DNA from: Octopus sinensis
Lineage: Eukaryota
DNA: 64,000 bases
NCBI RefSeq assembly: GCF_006345805.1
Contig: NC_043002.1
Span: forward strand, 57,350,001-57,414,000
Direction of reading: 5' to 3'
Shown here: positions 1 through 12,749 of the stretch, one piece after another
How positions within the stretch are numbered: position 1 is the first letter of the stretch
Layout of the letters: each line of letters opens with the position of its first letter
Position numbers and translations under genes: made by a program
The notes under the pieces: model-generated
The model's input: only the letters and a program-made list of their open reading frames with translations
Told to the model about the DNA's origin: nothing
Databases searched by the model: none

Positions 1-5
1 CATAC

Positions 6-105
6 NNNNNNNNNNNNNNNNNNNNNNNNNNNNNNNNNNNNNNNNNNNNNNNNNNNNNNNNNNNNNNNNNNNNNNNNNNNNNNNNNNNNNNNNNNNNNNN
101 NNNNN
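6..105. other. Assembly gap (100 N)
   Basis: Run of 100 n characters. Confidence 0.99.
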
Positions 106-290
106 CTTTTTCGACACCTCCTTCTTTTTGCTTTTTATCAAGGTTCTAAGCCGCAAAAGCTGCTCGCGACATTTGTGCTGTGTATGGAGACGGTGTCATA
201 GCTGAAAGAACAACTTGTGATTGGTATGCCAAGTTCAAAAATGGAAATTTTGACCTCAAATTCGCACCGTTCTGGCCGTCCAGTTGATTC
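106..290 (+). pseudogene. Mariner transposase N-terminal (HTH) fragment, frameshifted
   Basis: Manual translation across one frameshift gives LFRHLLLFAF..AARDICAVYGDGVIAERT..WYAKFKNGNFDLK..SGRPV. This is the mariner N-terminus, paralogous to the protein at 3676. Confidence 0.8.
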
Positions 291-291
291 G

Positions 292-478
292 CCGGAGGTC
301 TGTTGGTCTGTTGTATGGTTCCATGCTGTCAATCCGAACATCTGAATTGAACATGCAGCGTGTTTTTGCCAAGTTTCTCCTCCGTTTCCTGGCCACTGAG
401 CAGAAAGAACCTCGCGTCGAAATCTGTCAAGATCAACGTCAGCGTGTGGCTGATGGCCCATCCTTCATGTCGAGGTAG
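292..478 (+). pseudogene. Fragment of a second mariner transposase (central region)
   Basis: ORF 284-478, VGLLYGS..ELNMQRVFAKFLLRFLATEQK..RVEICQD..DGPSFMSR, resembles the mariner linker region (MxxVxAKxVPRxLTxxQK..R). Confidence 0.65.
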
Positions 479-1069
479 TGCCCTAGCATGGATGCAATCT
501 AATGACTGAAACAAGTAGAAGATAAAGAAGATTATCAATTAGAAAGGACCTGTCATTCATCGACTCGTCCTTCACTCTCAGTTCCGCTGAGACTGAAACC
601 ACATGGTTGCGCTTTGAGGATAAACGTTTAATTACCATTACTCCCAGGGCCGTTCTGACCTGGACCATTAGTACCTGCCAGGTTCCTATCTTTGGGTTAA
701 ATATACTTTCCAGAGGTAGAAGAGGCTTCCGTTGTTTTTGACAAAAAATCGCGGGGGAAGACAACTCTTCTAGGAGAAAGATATTCTGAAGTAAAACTTG
801 CAGTCAAAACAGTTACCAATCAATATGCGATGCTTCTATGTCGACCGAGAAAGTAACAAAAGGGTTGTACAAGCTTTTTTCACTTAATTCCAACGACGTA
901 CAGATGCCTCACTCTCATTTCATTTCTTGGTCCTTTTTGTATTCTATGAAGTCCTATAGCGATGGTTGCATGGCGACATGTAAAGTCATTCGCGCAGATG
1001 CAAGGTTGAAAGGAAATCAGAACAATCAGGTTGAATGTGAGACGCCCTGCATCTGACAAGATAAAGCGA

Positions 1070-1177
1070 TCATGTATGTATGTACGTATGTATGTACGTA
1101 TGTATGTATGTATGTATGTATGTATGTAGTATGTATGTATGTATGTATGTATGTATGTATGTAGTGTATATATATTA

Positions 1178-1240
<63 letters not shown>

Positions 1241-1364
1241 ATTTGTATGTTTTGCTTTACGTATGCATTCTCATACATATAGTTGCATATCTAGACATGC
1301 TATTATATTTAAAAAAATGGTAAACCTCTGGAAAGTTTTAGAGATTTCAACAGTTTCATGTATG

Positions 1365-1396
<32 letters not shown>

Positions 1397-1435
1397 TGTA
1401 TGTATGTATGTATGTATGTACGTATGTATTACGTA
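1070..1435. repeat. Compound (TATG)n/(TA)n microsatellite
   Basis: Direct reading; explains ORFs 880-1278 and 1080-1454. Confidence 0.95.
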
Positions 1436-1865
1436 CACACAAACATTAAAATAGATATTTTCACTGTTGTGTTTTCGATGTTTGTGGCGTCACTTTACGA
1501 AAGAAATTATTATCTTAAATTACTGGTCGATTTATAAATATTTGGTCACAACGTGGCTTATGATGACTGAGTTTCTTAGATTTTAATAAAAAATATCGAA
1601 CTGGCAAGTTGCAGAGACAAGTTAAAAGACACTGTATTTCGACGTATGATAACTGACGCAACAGTTTCATGCGGAGTGATTATGTGGTGTGAAAGAATAG
1701 TAAAGGGGATAGAAAGCTGTGTGTTTTTATTATAGAACTGAGTGAATTTAATGAGAAAGAAACAGAATGTAGTAGAAACTGAACGATGGTTTGTTACAGA
1801 GGCTTCTGGGGGTCCTAGAAAGATATCATATTTTTAAAAAGAGGAGGCGGGGTAAAATGAAATAG

Positions 1866-2095
1866 TGAAGGCGCATGGTCTGGTGGCTAGGATTTTACAC
1901 TCACCATTGCAGGAGTGTGGTTTCTATTACCAGAGCGTGGGGTGCATTGTATTCATTTGGCGTTGCTCTACTTTCACACAGCTGTAAATGGACTGCGTCC
2001 CGTCCAGAGGAAAAACTTGTGATCTCGGTTACTTCACTTATATGTCATGAAAACCGAGTAAGCGACTTTGTGAATCCCAAGACTGGAGAGAGGAG
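1866..2095 (+). mobile_element. Degenerate tRNA-derived SINE (family C)
   Basis: Head ggcgcatggtctggtggctagg and body gactgcgtcccgtccag are shared with copies at 47098 and 54200. Confidence 0.6.
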
Positions 2096-2984
2096 TTAAT
2101 TTTTGGCATGAAATACTTGAAATATATCATCTGTTTTGTGTAATCCAGTGTAAAGTTAGGTGTGTAAGGAAAGAAGAAGAAGAGAGAGTGAAGGGGAGAG
2201 AGGGGGGAGGGAGGGAAGGAAGAGAAGTACATTGAAAAGATAGGGAAGGGTGAAAAATACTAGTAGAGATAGGAACAAACGGAAATGGGGAAAAAGCGTT
2301 TAGGGAAGAAAAAATACAAGATGGAGAAATAGAAAAAAAATCCGGTAAAATAAGGAAGTGCTGATGATTGACGAGAAGGGAGAATGGTTAAGATGAAAAT
2401 AGTGTGTAGAATTACTTTATAAGGAATTTGTATAGGAATAAATATTTGCAATTAAATAAGATGAAGTAGGGGTAGGTTCATAAGATTAGTGAAAAAAAAA
2501 CTCCCAAAATAGTCAAGTGCTTTCCTTTCCCAGAATGACAAAAACGATCAACGAAAGGAGATACAACAGCTAACTACTAATTTTCAGTCCTATGCGAAAT
2601 CGCATTTAGCAAAACTTCGCTCTTAAAAAGCTTTTCATACTACATTCGAATCCAGAAGATGGACGTTAGATAAACGCAGCAAGTAATTACAGACGTTCAA
2701 AGGGATTCTTAAAACTATGGAAGGATTTCAAAGTAGTTCTGTCCGTTACATTACAGTGAAAGCAAGACAAAGGTTTTAAATAAATTGCTTTTAGTGACGA
2801 CACTTTGAAAATAGTTCCCTCTTTTAATTCAAGAAGTTGCCTAGAGACATCAAGATGTAAAATTTCTCATTGATTGGCGCATTGGCAGTACGACGTCTAG
2901 ATCCTCCAATTCCACTACTGACAAAAGTATTTTCAAATTTATTGTACTTCGTGATATATGAATGAATTACTATTTTATCTCCAT

Positions 2985-3200
2985 AAGGCGGCGAGCTGGT
3001 AGAAACGTTAGAACGCCGAGCGAAATGCTTAGCACTATTTCATCTGTCTTCAGGTTCTGAGTTCAAATTCCGTCGAGGTTGACTTTGCCTTTGATCCTTT
3101 GGGGATCGATAAATTAAGTACCAGTTGCGTTCTGGGATCTATTTAATCGCCTGACACCTCCCCTCAAAATTTAGGGTCTTGTACCTAGAGTAGAAAAGAA
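2985..3200 (+). mobile_element. SINE family B
   Basis: ggcggcgagctgg..aaatgcttag..gttctgagttcaaattcc..gtcgataaattaagtaccag; about 20 copies in the window. Confidence 0.85.
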
Positions 3201-3268
3201 TATTTTATCTCCATGTCATATTGACTTCAAACTCATTCAGGGATTATCACATCCGATCATGTTTGAAG

Positions 3269-3360
3269 TTGCTGTGTGCTTAAAAAGCTCGCTTTGAAAC
3301 TACGTGGCTTCATGTTCAGTCCCACAGGTCAGCACCTTGGGCTGATGCCTTCCACTATGA
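3269..3360 (+). mobile_element. SINE family A, head fragment
   Basis: Degenerate match to gctgtgtggtaagaagcttgct..gttcagtcccac..caccttgggc seen at 12505. Confidence 0.6.
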
Positions 3361-3505
3361 CCCAGAAATTGTGTTGAAGTTCCTCTTTATATATGCGTTT
3401 ATATATGCGTGCATGCATGCATGTATGTATGTACATATGTACGTATGTATGTATGCATGTATGTATGTATATACTTATGTATCTATGTACGTATCTATGT
3501 ATGTA

Positions 3506-4745
3506 TTGGGTTGTCCGGAAAGTTCGTGCCGATTTATAGTAGCTTACCTTTCGACTTATTTTAGTCCATAAAATAGGATTTGACTACACTTCCATTTAGA
3601 GCACAGTTTATGCTATCTTTTCGTTGAAGAAGGTTTATGTTCCTATAAGCTGTGTTAATTCTGTAACCTTTTAAAATGGAAGGTCAGAAAGTTCATTTTC
3701 GGCACTTGATGCTTTTCTTTTTCCGTAAAGGGAAAAATATCTCACAAGCAACCAAAGAAATATGCGCAGTTTACGGTGATGTTTCTTTATCCGAAAGAAC
3801 TGTACGGAAGTGGTTCGCAAGGTTCCGAGCTCAGGCAGACCATCCACTACAGATGATGACCAAATCAAGTCATTAATTGAGAATAACCCACATTTCACAA
3901 CCCGAGAATTGGCAGAAAGCCTCAACCTATCAAAATCCGTCGTTCATGAGCACCTGGTAAAGCTTAGGTACACAAATCACTACGATGTTTGGGTACTACA
4001 TGAGTAGAGCGAGAAGAACCTTTTGGATCGCATTTCCATCTGTGATTTGCTTTATAAACGGAATGAAAACGCGCCTTTTTTAAAGCAAATTGTGACAGGT
4101 GATGAGAAATGGATTATCTACCGAAATGTTCGGAGAAAGTGATCCTGGAGTAAGCGACATGAGCCACCCTTAGCCACCCCAAAAGCAGGTCTTCACCCTA
4201 AAAATGTCTTGCTTTGTGTCTGGTGGGATTGGAAAGGAATTCTGTTCTATGAGCTTCTCTCAAGTAACCAGACAATTAATTCTGAGAAATACTGCACACC
4301 ACTGGACGAGTTAAATGCTGCAATTCAAGAGAAACGTCCAGAATTGGCCAACAGAAAAGGTGTTGTTTTCCAACATGATAATGCAAGACCGCGCGTTTCT
4401 TTGGGAACCAGACAAAAATTGCTGCAGCTCGGCTGGAATGTGTTACCCCATTCTCCATATTCACCAGATATTGCTCCTTCGGATTTCTACTTATTGAGGT
4501 CACCGCAGAATAGTTTTAATGGTAAAAATTTCAATTCCTTGGATGACTTAAAAAGACACCTTGATGAATTTTTGCCATGAAACCACCTCGATTCTGAGAA
4601 GAGAGTATTTTCAAGTTAAAGGAAAGTTGGAGACGCACTGTGCAACAAAATGGTTCATATTTGGTTGATTAAAAATGTAATGGCAAGTATTTATTGACCT
4701 TTTTCTTTCCTTTAAAAATCGGCACGAACTTTCCGGAAAACCCAA
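3506..4745 (+). mobile_element. Full-length mariner DNA transposon (1240 bp), inactive
   Basis: 30-bp TIRs: ttgggttgtccggaaagttcgtgccgattt (3506-3535) and aaatcggcacgaactttccggaaaacccaa (4716-4745), 1 mismatch. TA duplication at 3504-3505 and 4746-4747. Internal transposase. Confidence 0.97.
3676..4672 (+). pseudogene. Mariner transposase pseudogene (D,D34D)
   Basis: Motifs MEGQKVHFRHLMLFFF, TGDEKW, QHDNA and YSPDIAPSDF, with 34 residues between the 2nd and 3rd Asp. Disrupted by a deletion/frameshift near 3830, stops near 4005 and 4140, and a frameshift near 4575. Confidence 0.95.
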
Positions 4746-5074
4746 TATGTGTGAATGTATGTCATTATTCAGTTTATTTTAAGATTTCTTACCAATAGAG
4801 AAAGAACCGGTTACTAATCTATATCGAAGGCTCCTTCATTGGAATTTCAACATCAACAACAGGGTATGTATGTTTGTATGTATGTATGTATGTATGTATG
4901 TATGTATGTATGTATGTATGTAGTATGTATGTATGTATGTATGTATGTATGTGCTGATTTATATGTTTTATGTATGTATTCTTATGCATATAGATGTTTA
5001 TCTAGACATGTTCATATATATTCAAATGATAAACTTCTGGAAAGTTTTACATGTATGTATGTATACATGTGTGT

Positions 5075-5268
5075 GTGTGTGTCTATTTGATAATTGGCGT
5101 TGGTTTGTTTATGTCCGCGTAGCCTAGCGGTTCAACAAAAGAAACGGATAGAATAAGAACCAGACTTTAAAAATAGGGATCTATTTCTTCGACTAAAGCC
5201 ATTTAACGTGATGCCCCAGCATGGCCACAGTCCATTGATTGAAGCAAGTAAAATATAAAAGACAAACT
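5075..5268 (+). mobile_element. SINE family A, 3' part
   Basis: tagcggttc..gatagaataag..cgactaaag..ccagcatggccacagtc..aagtaaaa tail, as in 12780-12950. Confidence 0.75.
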
Positions 5269-5594
5269 GGTCATTCATTGTTTCTAAATTGATTTCTGTT
5301 TATTTAACAAACTGAAAATCAACTCGTTTTTTTGATGCCCAGTGGAACCATGGAATGCAAATCACGCCAGTTCTGTATCTCCAGAGTCTAGATTCCTGGT
5401 TGGTAGCAAAATCGATCGGTCGACTTGGTGACGGAGAAAAAATAAGAAAGGAAAAAAAAACCTGTTCTGCGTAGACACCATGGAGTAAAATACATATGGT
5501 AACATTAATTTTAACAACGCATAAGTGACTTCCGGTTAACATGAGAAAACGCTTTAGCTTCATTATTGAAAACATTCGGTATTTGTGGCGTGAA

Positions 5595-5938
5595 ATATAT
5601 ACATACATACATACATGTACATATATATATACTTACATACTCACACGTATGCATACATAGAACGTACAAATATTTAATCATAGATATACACATACATGCA
5701 CATATGTAAATACACATACATACATATACATGCAAATACATATATATATATATATATATACACTCAACTCTATTTGTTACTGTTTCTAACTTTTACTTGT
5801 ATGCGCACATAAAAAGGTATGGAATATATATACATATATATACATGTATGTATGCATATATCTTGTATATATAAATATATACATATATATATATATGTAT
5901 ATATATATATATGTATATATATATGTAAATATAATAAC

Positions 5939-5991
<53 letters not shown>

Positions 5992-6350
5992 TAATCATAA
6001 AATATAAGTACGACACACATACATGCACATTATGCATATACTCCGCCATACATTATATATATATAAATCTCGAATACATATGTATGAAAATATACACATA
6101 CGCATTTATGTATGTATATATAAATATATGTATACATATGTGGACATATACATAATGTATGTATATAGTATATACATGCATGTATATATACTGTATATAA
6201 ATGTATACTTATAGTATATACGTACTATGTATATGCACATATACATATATAAGTACGTATAGATACATATACATATATAAATATATATAAATACATATGT
6301 ACATGTAGTCACACACACGCACACTCACCTAACACCACACACATACACAC
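5595..6350. repeat. Low-complexity TA/CATA tract with (AAT)n at ~5930-5995
   Basis: Direct reading. Confidence 0.9.
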
Positions 6351-6934
6351 ATAAAGTTATTTGTACGTAACAAGAGTGATGGAGTTTATAGCATTACAAT
6401 TCTACCATTTTTAGTCAATATTAATATACTGCCAGCGCCTCGGAATAAAGACGAAAATAATACAGAAGGAAACAAGACAAAAAAAATGCAAAATACAAAA
6501 AGTATAACGCAAAAAACATACAACTAAACAATAATATTCTCTCATCTTAAAGCTAATGTGCTAACAACAGTAACATGTACGAATAAAGAATAAGAAAACA
6601 GAAAAAAACAGCATTTATTCTTTCATTCTCTCATTCTCTCATTCTAATCATAGTTGAAATATGGTTGTTTTTTCTTTCTATGATGTGTTTATGTTTTACA
6701 TTATTATTTTTCAGTTCTTCGGTTCCATATTCGATTTGGTTATAATATTCTGCTTCAATGGTTCATGCCAGCAACATATGGTTGGTAGGAAATATGAGAC
6801 ATTACGGCATCGATCGCTTTTTTTTAGTATTGTTGTTTTTTCATATAAATTATTTTTATTTTTTCATTTCTTAAAATTAATTTTTATTTATTTATTTTGC
6901 TTTTCGTTATCTTTTATATTCTACCATATGATGT

Positions 6935-6951
6935 AATATGTGTGTCTATGC

Positions 6952-7046
<95 letters not shown>

Positions 7047-7127
7047 ATATTATATATATACATTTATGTATATATATATATATATAATATATATATATAC
7101 ATTTATGCATATACATATATATACATT

Positions 7128-7186
<59 letters not shown>

Positions 7187-7352
7187 ATGTATGCCTATAT
7201 ATATATTTATACATGTCTATAAGCTGATGTATAAATACGTATGTATGAAAATATGTTTATCTTTCTTTCTTTCTTTCTATCCTTCATTTTTCTTTCTTCG
7301 TCTCAGTCTGTCTGTCTGTTTGTGTCTCTCTCTGATATATATATATATATGT

Positions 7353-7388
<36 letters not shown>

Positions 7389-8032
7389 ACATATATATAT
7401 ATATATACATATATATATTATATATATATATATGTGTATATATATATATACACACACAGACACATGCTTGTTCCTATACATACAAACTTATACATACATA
7501 CATACATACATACATACATACATTCATACACTCACACGCATATATGTACGCATGTATGCATGTGTGTATGTCTATGTGTATGTGTGTACATATATGCCTG
7601 TGTATATGTGAGTTTGTGAAACAATAGCATATAATCTCTATCAGAAATCAATTTCTGTTTCAAGCTACGTATTACACCAATCGGTAAACAAGGAAAACAC
7701 ACATTTCTACTTAGACTCTCGATAAGTAACATCGATGGGGATCGATAGCAATATATGCATAAGTACACACACATGCACACACACACGTATACACGTACAT
7801 ATATGAACGTATATATACATACGTATATATGTATATATATGTGTGTATGTGTGCGTGTATATATATATATATGTATGCATGCATATATATATATATGTAT
7901 GTATGTGTTTATGTGCGTGTCTGTGTGTTTTTCATACATTTATACTTAAATGATTGCATGCATATATGTATGACATAATTCGCGATTGCATAAGTACATA
8001 TTTATATATTATGTGTATGTATGTGTGTAAGA

Positions 8033-8068
<36 letters not shown>

Positions 8069-8135
8069 ATACATTTGTTTAAATATGGATATATATATAT
8101 ATATATATATATATAAATGCACACATACGTAATAA
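6935..8135. repeat. (TA)n/(TG)n/(CATA)n microsatellite complex with short unique islands
   Basis: Direct reading; explains the YIYI ORFs. Confidence 0.9.
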
Positions 8136-8264
8136 ACTCTCAGAACTACCCTTATACAAAATTCTAGCTATTTTTTGGGGAAAAACTGTGGTTGAAAAAT
8201 TGAGACATATAGAGATATATACATCCATCCATATATACATACACACACACATACTCGTATATAT

Positions 8265-8628
8265 ATCGTGGCACTCCGTCGGCTACGACGACGCGGGTTC
8301 CAGTCGATCTGATCATCGGAACAGCCTGCTCGTGAAATTAACCTGCAAGTGGCTGAGTACTCCACAGACCGTAGTTCTCGGTAAGATTAAGCGTGATACA
8401 GAGTGTGACAAGGCTGGCCCTCTGAAATACAGGTACAACAGAAACAGGAAGAAAGAGTGAGTGAAAGTTGTGGCGAAAGAGTATAGCATGGTTCGCCATT
8501 ACTCCTGGCCTGAGTTTCGTGGAGCTTTAGGTGTTTTCGCTCAATAAACACTCACAACGCTCGGTCTGGGAATCGAAACTGCAATCCTACGACCGCAAGT
8601 CCGCTGCCCTAACCACTGGGCCATTATA
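8265..8628 (-). mobile_element. tRNA-derived SINE (family C subtype)
   Basis: On the minus strand: A-box-like tggcccagtgg, B-box-like gtttcgattcc, body aagctccacga..gagcaggctgttcc. Homologous to 29497-29785. Confidence 0.85.
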
Positions 8629-8864
8629 CCTCCACCGTATACACATACATGCATACATACATATGCAGTTGATACATATATACATACGTTCGTATGTAAG
8701 TAATATATATATATATATACGTATGTCCTACATACAAACGCAAATACATACATACATACTTGCAAAGAGAATGAGGATAACCATGGACAACTGTTTCGAA
8801 AGGTCCAGCTTCTGTATCCTGATTTATAAATTCGCATTTATACTAATAATACCTGGAGCACTTG

Positions 8865-9000
8865 AGCTTGCGAGAGTTTCATACAGGACTCATGATCGTA
8901 TGACTGTGGTTTCGATTCCTGGATCGAGCGATGCATTGTGTTCTCGAGGCAAACATTTTAATTCACGTTGCTCCTCCCCACTCTGCAGGCAAAGATGAGT
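8865..9000 (+). mobile_element. SINE family C, head fragment
   Basis: ggactcatgatcg..gtggtttcgattcctgga..ttcacgttgctcc, as in 47098 and 50225. Confidence 0.7.
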
Positions 9001-9557
9001 AATCATGGAGCAGACCCTGTGGTCTGTCAGCAGCGCTAGTGCTGGTATATTCGTTAATAAGTCACTAACCGAAATAAGTGGATTTATTGTTTAGGAAATT
9101 ACTATTTACTTGTTTAAGGGTTGTACTGGGTAAATTACGAAAATAACTCTAACAGTTCAAATACGAAGAAATACGCAAACTCAATTTGATTTATACCAAA
9201 TGATTTAGGAAATGAATGGGTTATTTCCCTTGGCTGTTAAAATCTGGGCGAATGTGTTATTTTCCTTGGATGTTAAAATGAAATATATTAGATATATATA
9301 ATGATTCCTTCCAGGGCCCAATTATAGACTTTTCCAACAATCTAAGTAAGCCATGAGTTTTCCAGACATGAGTTTTACTCTCGTGTCAAGTTTCATCAAG
9401 ATCGATAAAACGATATGAGTGGAGTTAGCTAACAGCTCCACAAAACTCACCCACAGACAGAATTTCCCACATACATATGTAGAAGATATAATACATGTTA
9501 CGGAGGTGTACTTGCATAGCAAGTTACTTGATCTGAGAGATTGTGTGGTGAAACAGA

Positions 9558-9844
9558 AACAATTGCAACGTGGAAGGTGTTTATAAGCCATTTAAAAAAC
9601 ACACAAAAGCCATTAGATTCATTTTAACATTTAAATTTAATTTGTGTCAAAATATTTTCGTCGCATTGAAACCGTGACCTGTTCACTTACAAAATGAGAT
9701 GCAGCACAAAATTTTGTCGATGAACAGGTCGCGGTGTCAAAGCGACGAAAATATTTTGAGAAACTAAATTTAAATGTTCAAGTGAATCTAATGGCTTTTG
9801 TGTCTTTTGAATGGCCTATAAACACCTTCCCCGCTGCAATTGTT
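9558..9844. mobile_element. MITE-like inverted repeat (~120-bp arms)
   Basis: The left arm aacaattgcaacgtggaaggtgtttataagccatt..gacctgttca is the imperfect reverse complement of the right arm tgaacaggtc..aatggcctataaacaccttccccgctgcaattgtt. A solo end occurs at ~46563-46597. Confidence 0.8.
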
Positions 9845-9949
9845 ATAACACATATATTTTATACAAATATGTGTATATATGTACGCATATATAGTTATGT
9901 ATTTATATAAATATATATGTCATACATACACATATACATATTACATACA

Positions 9950-10080
9950 CGACGGGCCTCCGCACACTTTCTGTCAAATTAACTCATGAAGCATTGGTGT
10001 CATCCGGAGGTGCTGTAGAAGATTCTCGCGCAAAGATCCACGCAGTGGGATTGAACCCGAAACTACGTGGTTGCCTGCAT
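9950..10080 (-). mobile_element. SINE family A, degenerate head
   Basis: acgacggg..cacgcagtgggattgaacccgaaactacgtggttg is the reverse complement of the family-A head. Confidence 0.6.
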
Positions 10081-10653
10081 CTATACAATTAAAATACAGC
10101 AACAATTAAATCAAGAATAGCAACAACAACAACAGCATCATCATAATGTTGTTCTAGCCGTTTTGATTCTGTTCTTTTTGATTTTGTTTTCTCCGTGCTG
10201 GAGTTTGATTTAATAGAAGCAGAATTTCGGATTATTAGCAAAACATTACGGATTTTAATGATTTCAATAAATTTCAGACTTTTAATTTAAATAATTCAAC
10301 AGAAATTAGAGAATTATTTACAGAAAATAAAATCAATAAATTTTCTTTTTAATAATTCAAAATTATCATTTTAAACAGAATTTCTTTCGCGAAATTTGCT
10401 TAAATAATTTACAGATTTCAAATTTATATTCCTCCAAACTAAAAAAAAAAAAAAAACAGCACAAAAGAAAAGAAAACAAAACCCCCTGAATTATTGAGGA
10501 CATTTTCGATTTTGTTGTCGTTGTTTTTGCTACAAGTGTTGTTGTTGTTATTGGTATAGCATTTTATTGTTGTTCTGCTGTATAGTGTTTGTTGAGGCGC
10601 TGTCATAACTATTGTGGAAACAACTATTTATTCATGTTGTCGAAACGGTAAAA

Positions 10654-10684
<31 letters not shown>

Positions 10685-10685
<1 letters not shown>

Positions 10686-11290
10686 GACGGCGAGCTGGCA
10701 GAATCGTTACCATGCTGAGATGGAACGCTTAGCGTTATTTCGCCCACGGCTAAGTTCTGAGTTCAAATTCCGCCGTGGTCAACTTTACCTTTCATGCTTT
10801 CGGAGTTCATAAATTAAGAACCAGTGAAACACTGAGGTCGAGGTAATCGACTTATGGCTGCCGTTGTGGCAAAATTTGAAACTACTACTACTACTACTGC
10901 TAAGGCGGCGAGCTGGCAGAATCTTTAGCATGCCGGGTGAAATGCTTAGCGGTATTTTGTCTGCCGCTACGTTCTGAGTTCAAATTCCGCCGAGGTCGAC
11001 TTTGTCTTTCATTCTTTCGGGATCGATAAATTAAGTACCAGTTGCGCACTGGAGTCGATGTGATCGACTTAATCCGTTTGTCTGTCCTTGTTTGTCCCCT
11101 CTATGTTTAGCCCCTTGTGGGTAGTAAAGAAATAGGTATTTCGTCCGCTGCTATGTTCTGAGTTCAAATTCCACCGAGGTCGACTTTCGGAGTCGGTAAA
11201 TTAAGTACCATTGGAACACTGGGGTCAATATAATCGACTAGTCCCCGCACCTCACCCCCAATAATTTCAGCCCTTATAGTAGAAAGGATT
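10685..11290 (+). mobile_element. Cluster of three family-B SINEs
   Basis: gttctgagttcaaattcc..gaggtcgacttt occurs three times (~10755, ~10970, ~11155). Confidence 0.85.
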
Positions 11291-11302
11291 ATTATTATTA
11301 TT

Positions 11303-11497
11303 TATTCTTTTACTTGCTTCAGCCACCCGACTGCGGCCATGCTGGAGCTCAGCCTTGCAGTCGAGCAAATCGACCCCAGAACTTATTCTTTGTAAGCCTA
11401 GTACTTATTCTATCGGTTACTTTTGCCGAACCAGTAAGTTATGGGGACGTAAACATACCAAGTGATGCTGGCGGGACAAACACAGACACAGAAACTG

Positions 11498-11576
<79 letters not shown>

Positions 11577-11730
11577 TTCAGTTTCCGTCTACCAAATCCA
11601 TTCACAAGGCTTTGGCCGGCCCAAGGATATAGTAGAAAAATACTTGCCCAAGATGCCACGCAGTGGGACTGAACCAGGAACCATGTCGTTAGTAAGCAAC
11701 CTACTTATCACACAGCCACTCCTGCGCCTA
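11303..11730 (-). mobile_element. SINE family A, near full length, with internal (CA)n(TA)n
   Basis: Reverse complement of the copy at 12505-12950. Confidence 0.9.
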
Positions 11731-11776
11731 TTATTATTATTTTATTATTATTTTATTATTATTATTATTATATTAT

Positions 11777-11870
<94 letters not shown>

Positions 11871-11920
11871 GTAATAATAATAATAATAATAATACTAATA
11901 ATATTAGTATTATTATTATT
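11728..11920. repeat. (TTA)n/(TAA)n microsatellite
   Basis: Direct reading. Confidence 0.95.
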
Positions 11921-12423
11921 GAGTAAGAGAGCAGCGCATGCCATCAGTGTAACTATACGGGGTCCAATATACCCAACATGACTCCCTCTCTGATAAAGGT
12001 ACGCCAGGCACATGCATCAAAACCACATGTGCGCGATCTCATATCAAAATAAACAGGTGGGGGCCCAGTTAGAATTTTCTTCAGGTCGACTAACCCATCA
12101 CACTCAAAACGTCCTTGAATAAGGGTTGTTTCAGGGTGCTGAACGAAACACCCATGTTATTCAAACCCCAAAGAATTCTTCCCAGCATATGGCTATGATG
12201 CCCCCCTCCACCCTCACTAATTCTGCTCGTTATCAGAGATGCACATATCGTCAACCACCAAGGAACATGCTCAACTGATTAAAGTTAAGCAAATCTGTGG
12301 TATTGAGCAGAATATTTGCTGTAGCCCATCTTTTATACCGACATAAAACAGTGTACATGATAACACTTTGAATCAGTTAAGATTAGAAGCCATGCGAGTC
12401 ACTGCTTGGTATTGCATCAGGGC

Positions 12424-12425
<2 letters not shown>
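11921..12425. other. ~500-bp non-repetitive segment embedded between two (ATT)n arrays; probable interspersed element
   Basis: Sharp boundaries with ATT arrays on both sides (11905-11920 and 12426-12492). No ORF or TIR recognised. Confidence 0.4.
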
Positions 12426-12493
<68 letters not shown>

Positions 12494-12504
12494 GTTATGG
12501 TGAT

Positions 12505-12705
12505 AGGCGCAGGAGTGGCTGTGTGGTAAGTAGCTTGCTAACCAACCACATGGTTGCGGGTTCAGTCCCACTGCGTGGCATCTTGGGCAAATGTCTTCTG
12601 CTATAGCCCCGGGCCGACCAATGCCTTGTGAGTGGATTGGTAGACGGAAACTGAAAGAAGCCTGTCGTATATATGTATATATATATATAATATATATATA
12701 TATAT

Positions 12706-12749
<44 letters not shown>

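Noticed and set aside
9370-9490. aagtttcatcaagatcg..cacagacaga resembling Helentron/DINE-type non-autonomous elements
   Set aside because: Single copy in the window; I could not find the diagnostic subterminal inverted repeats or 3' hairpin.
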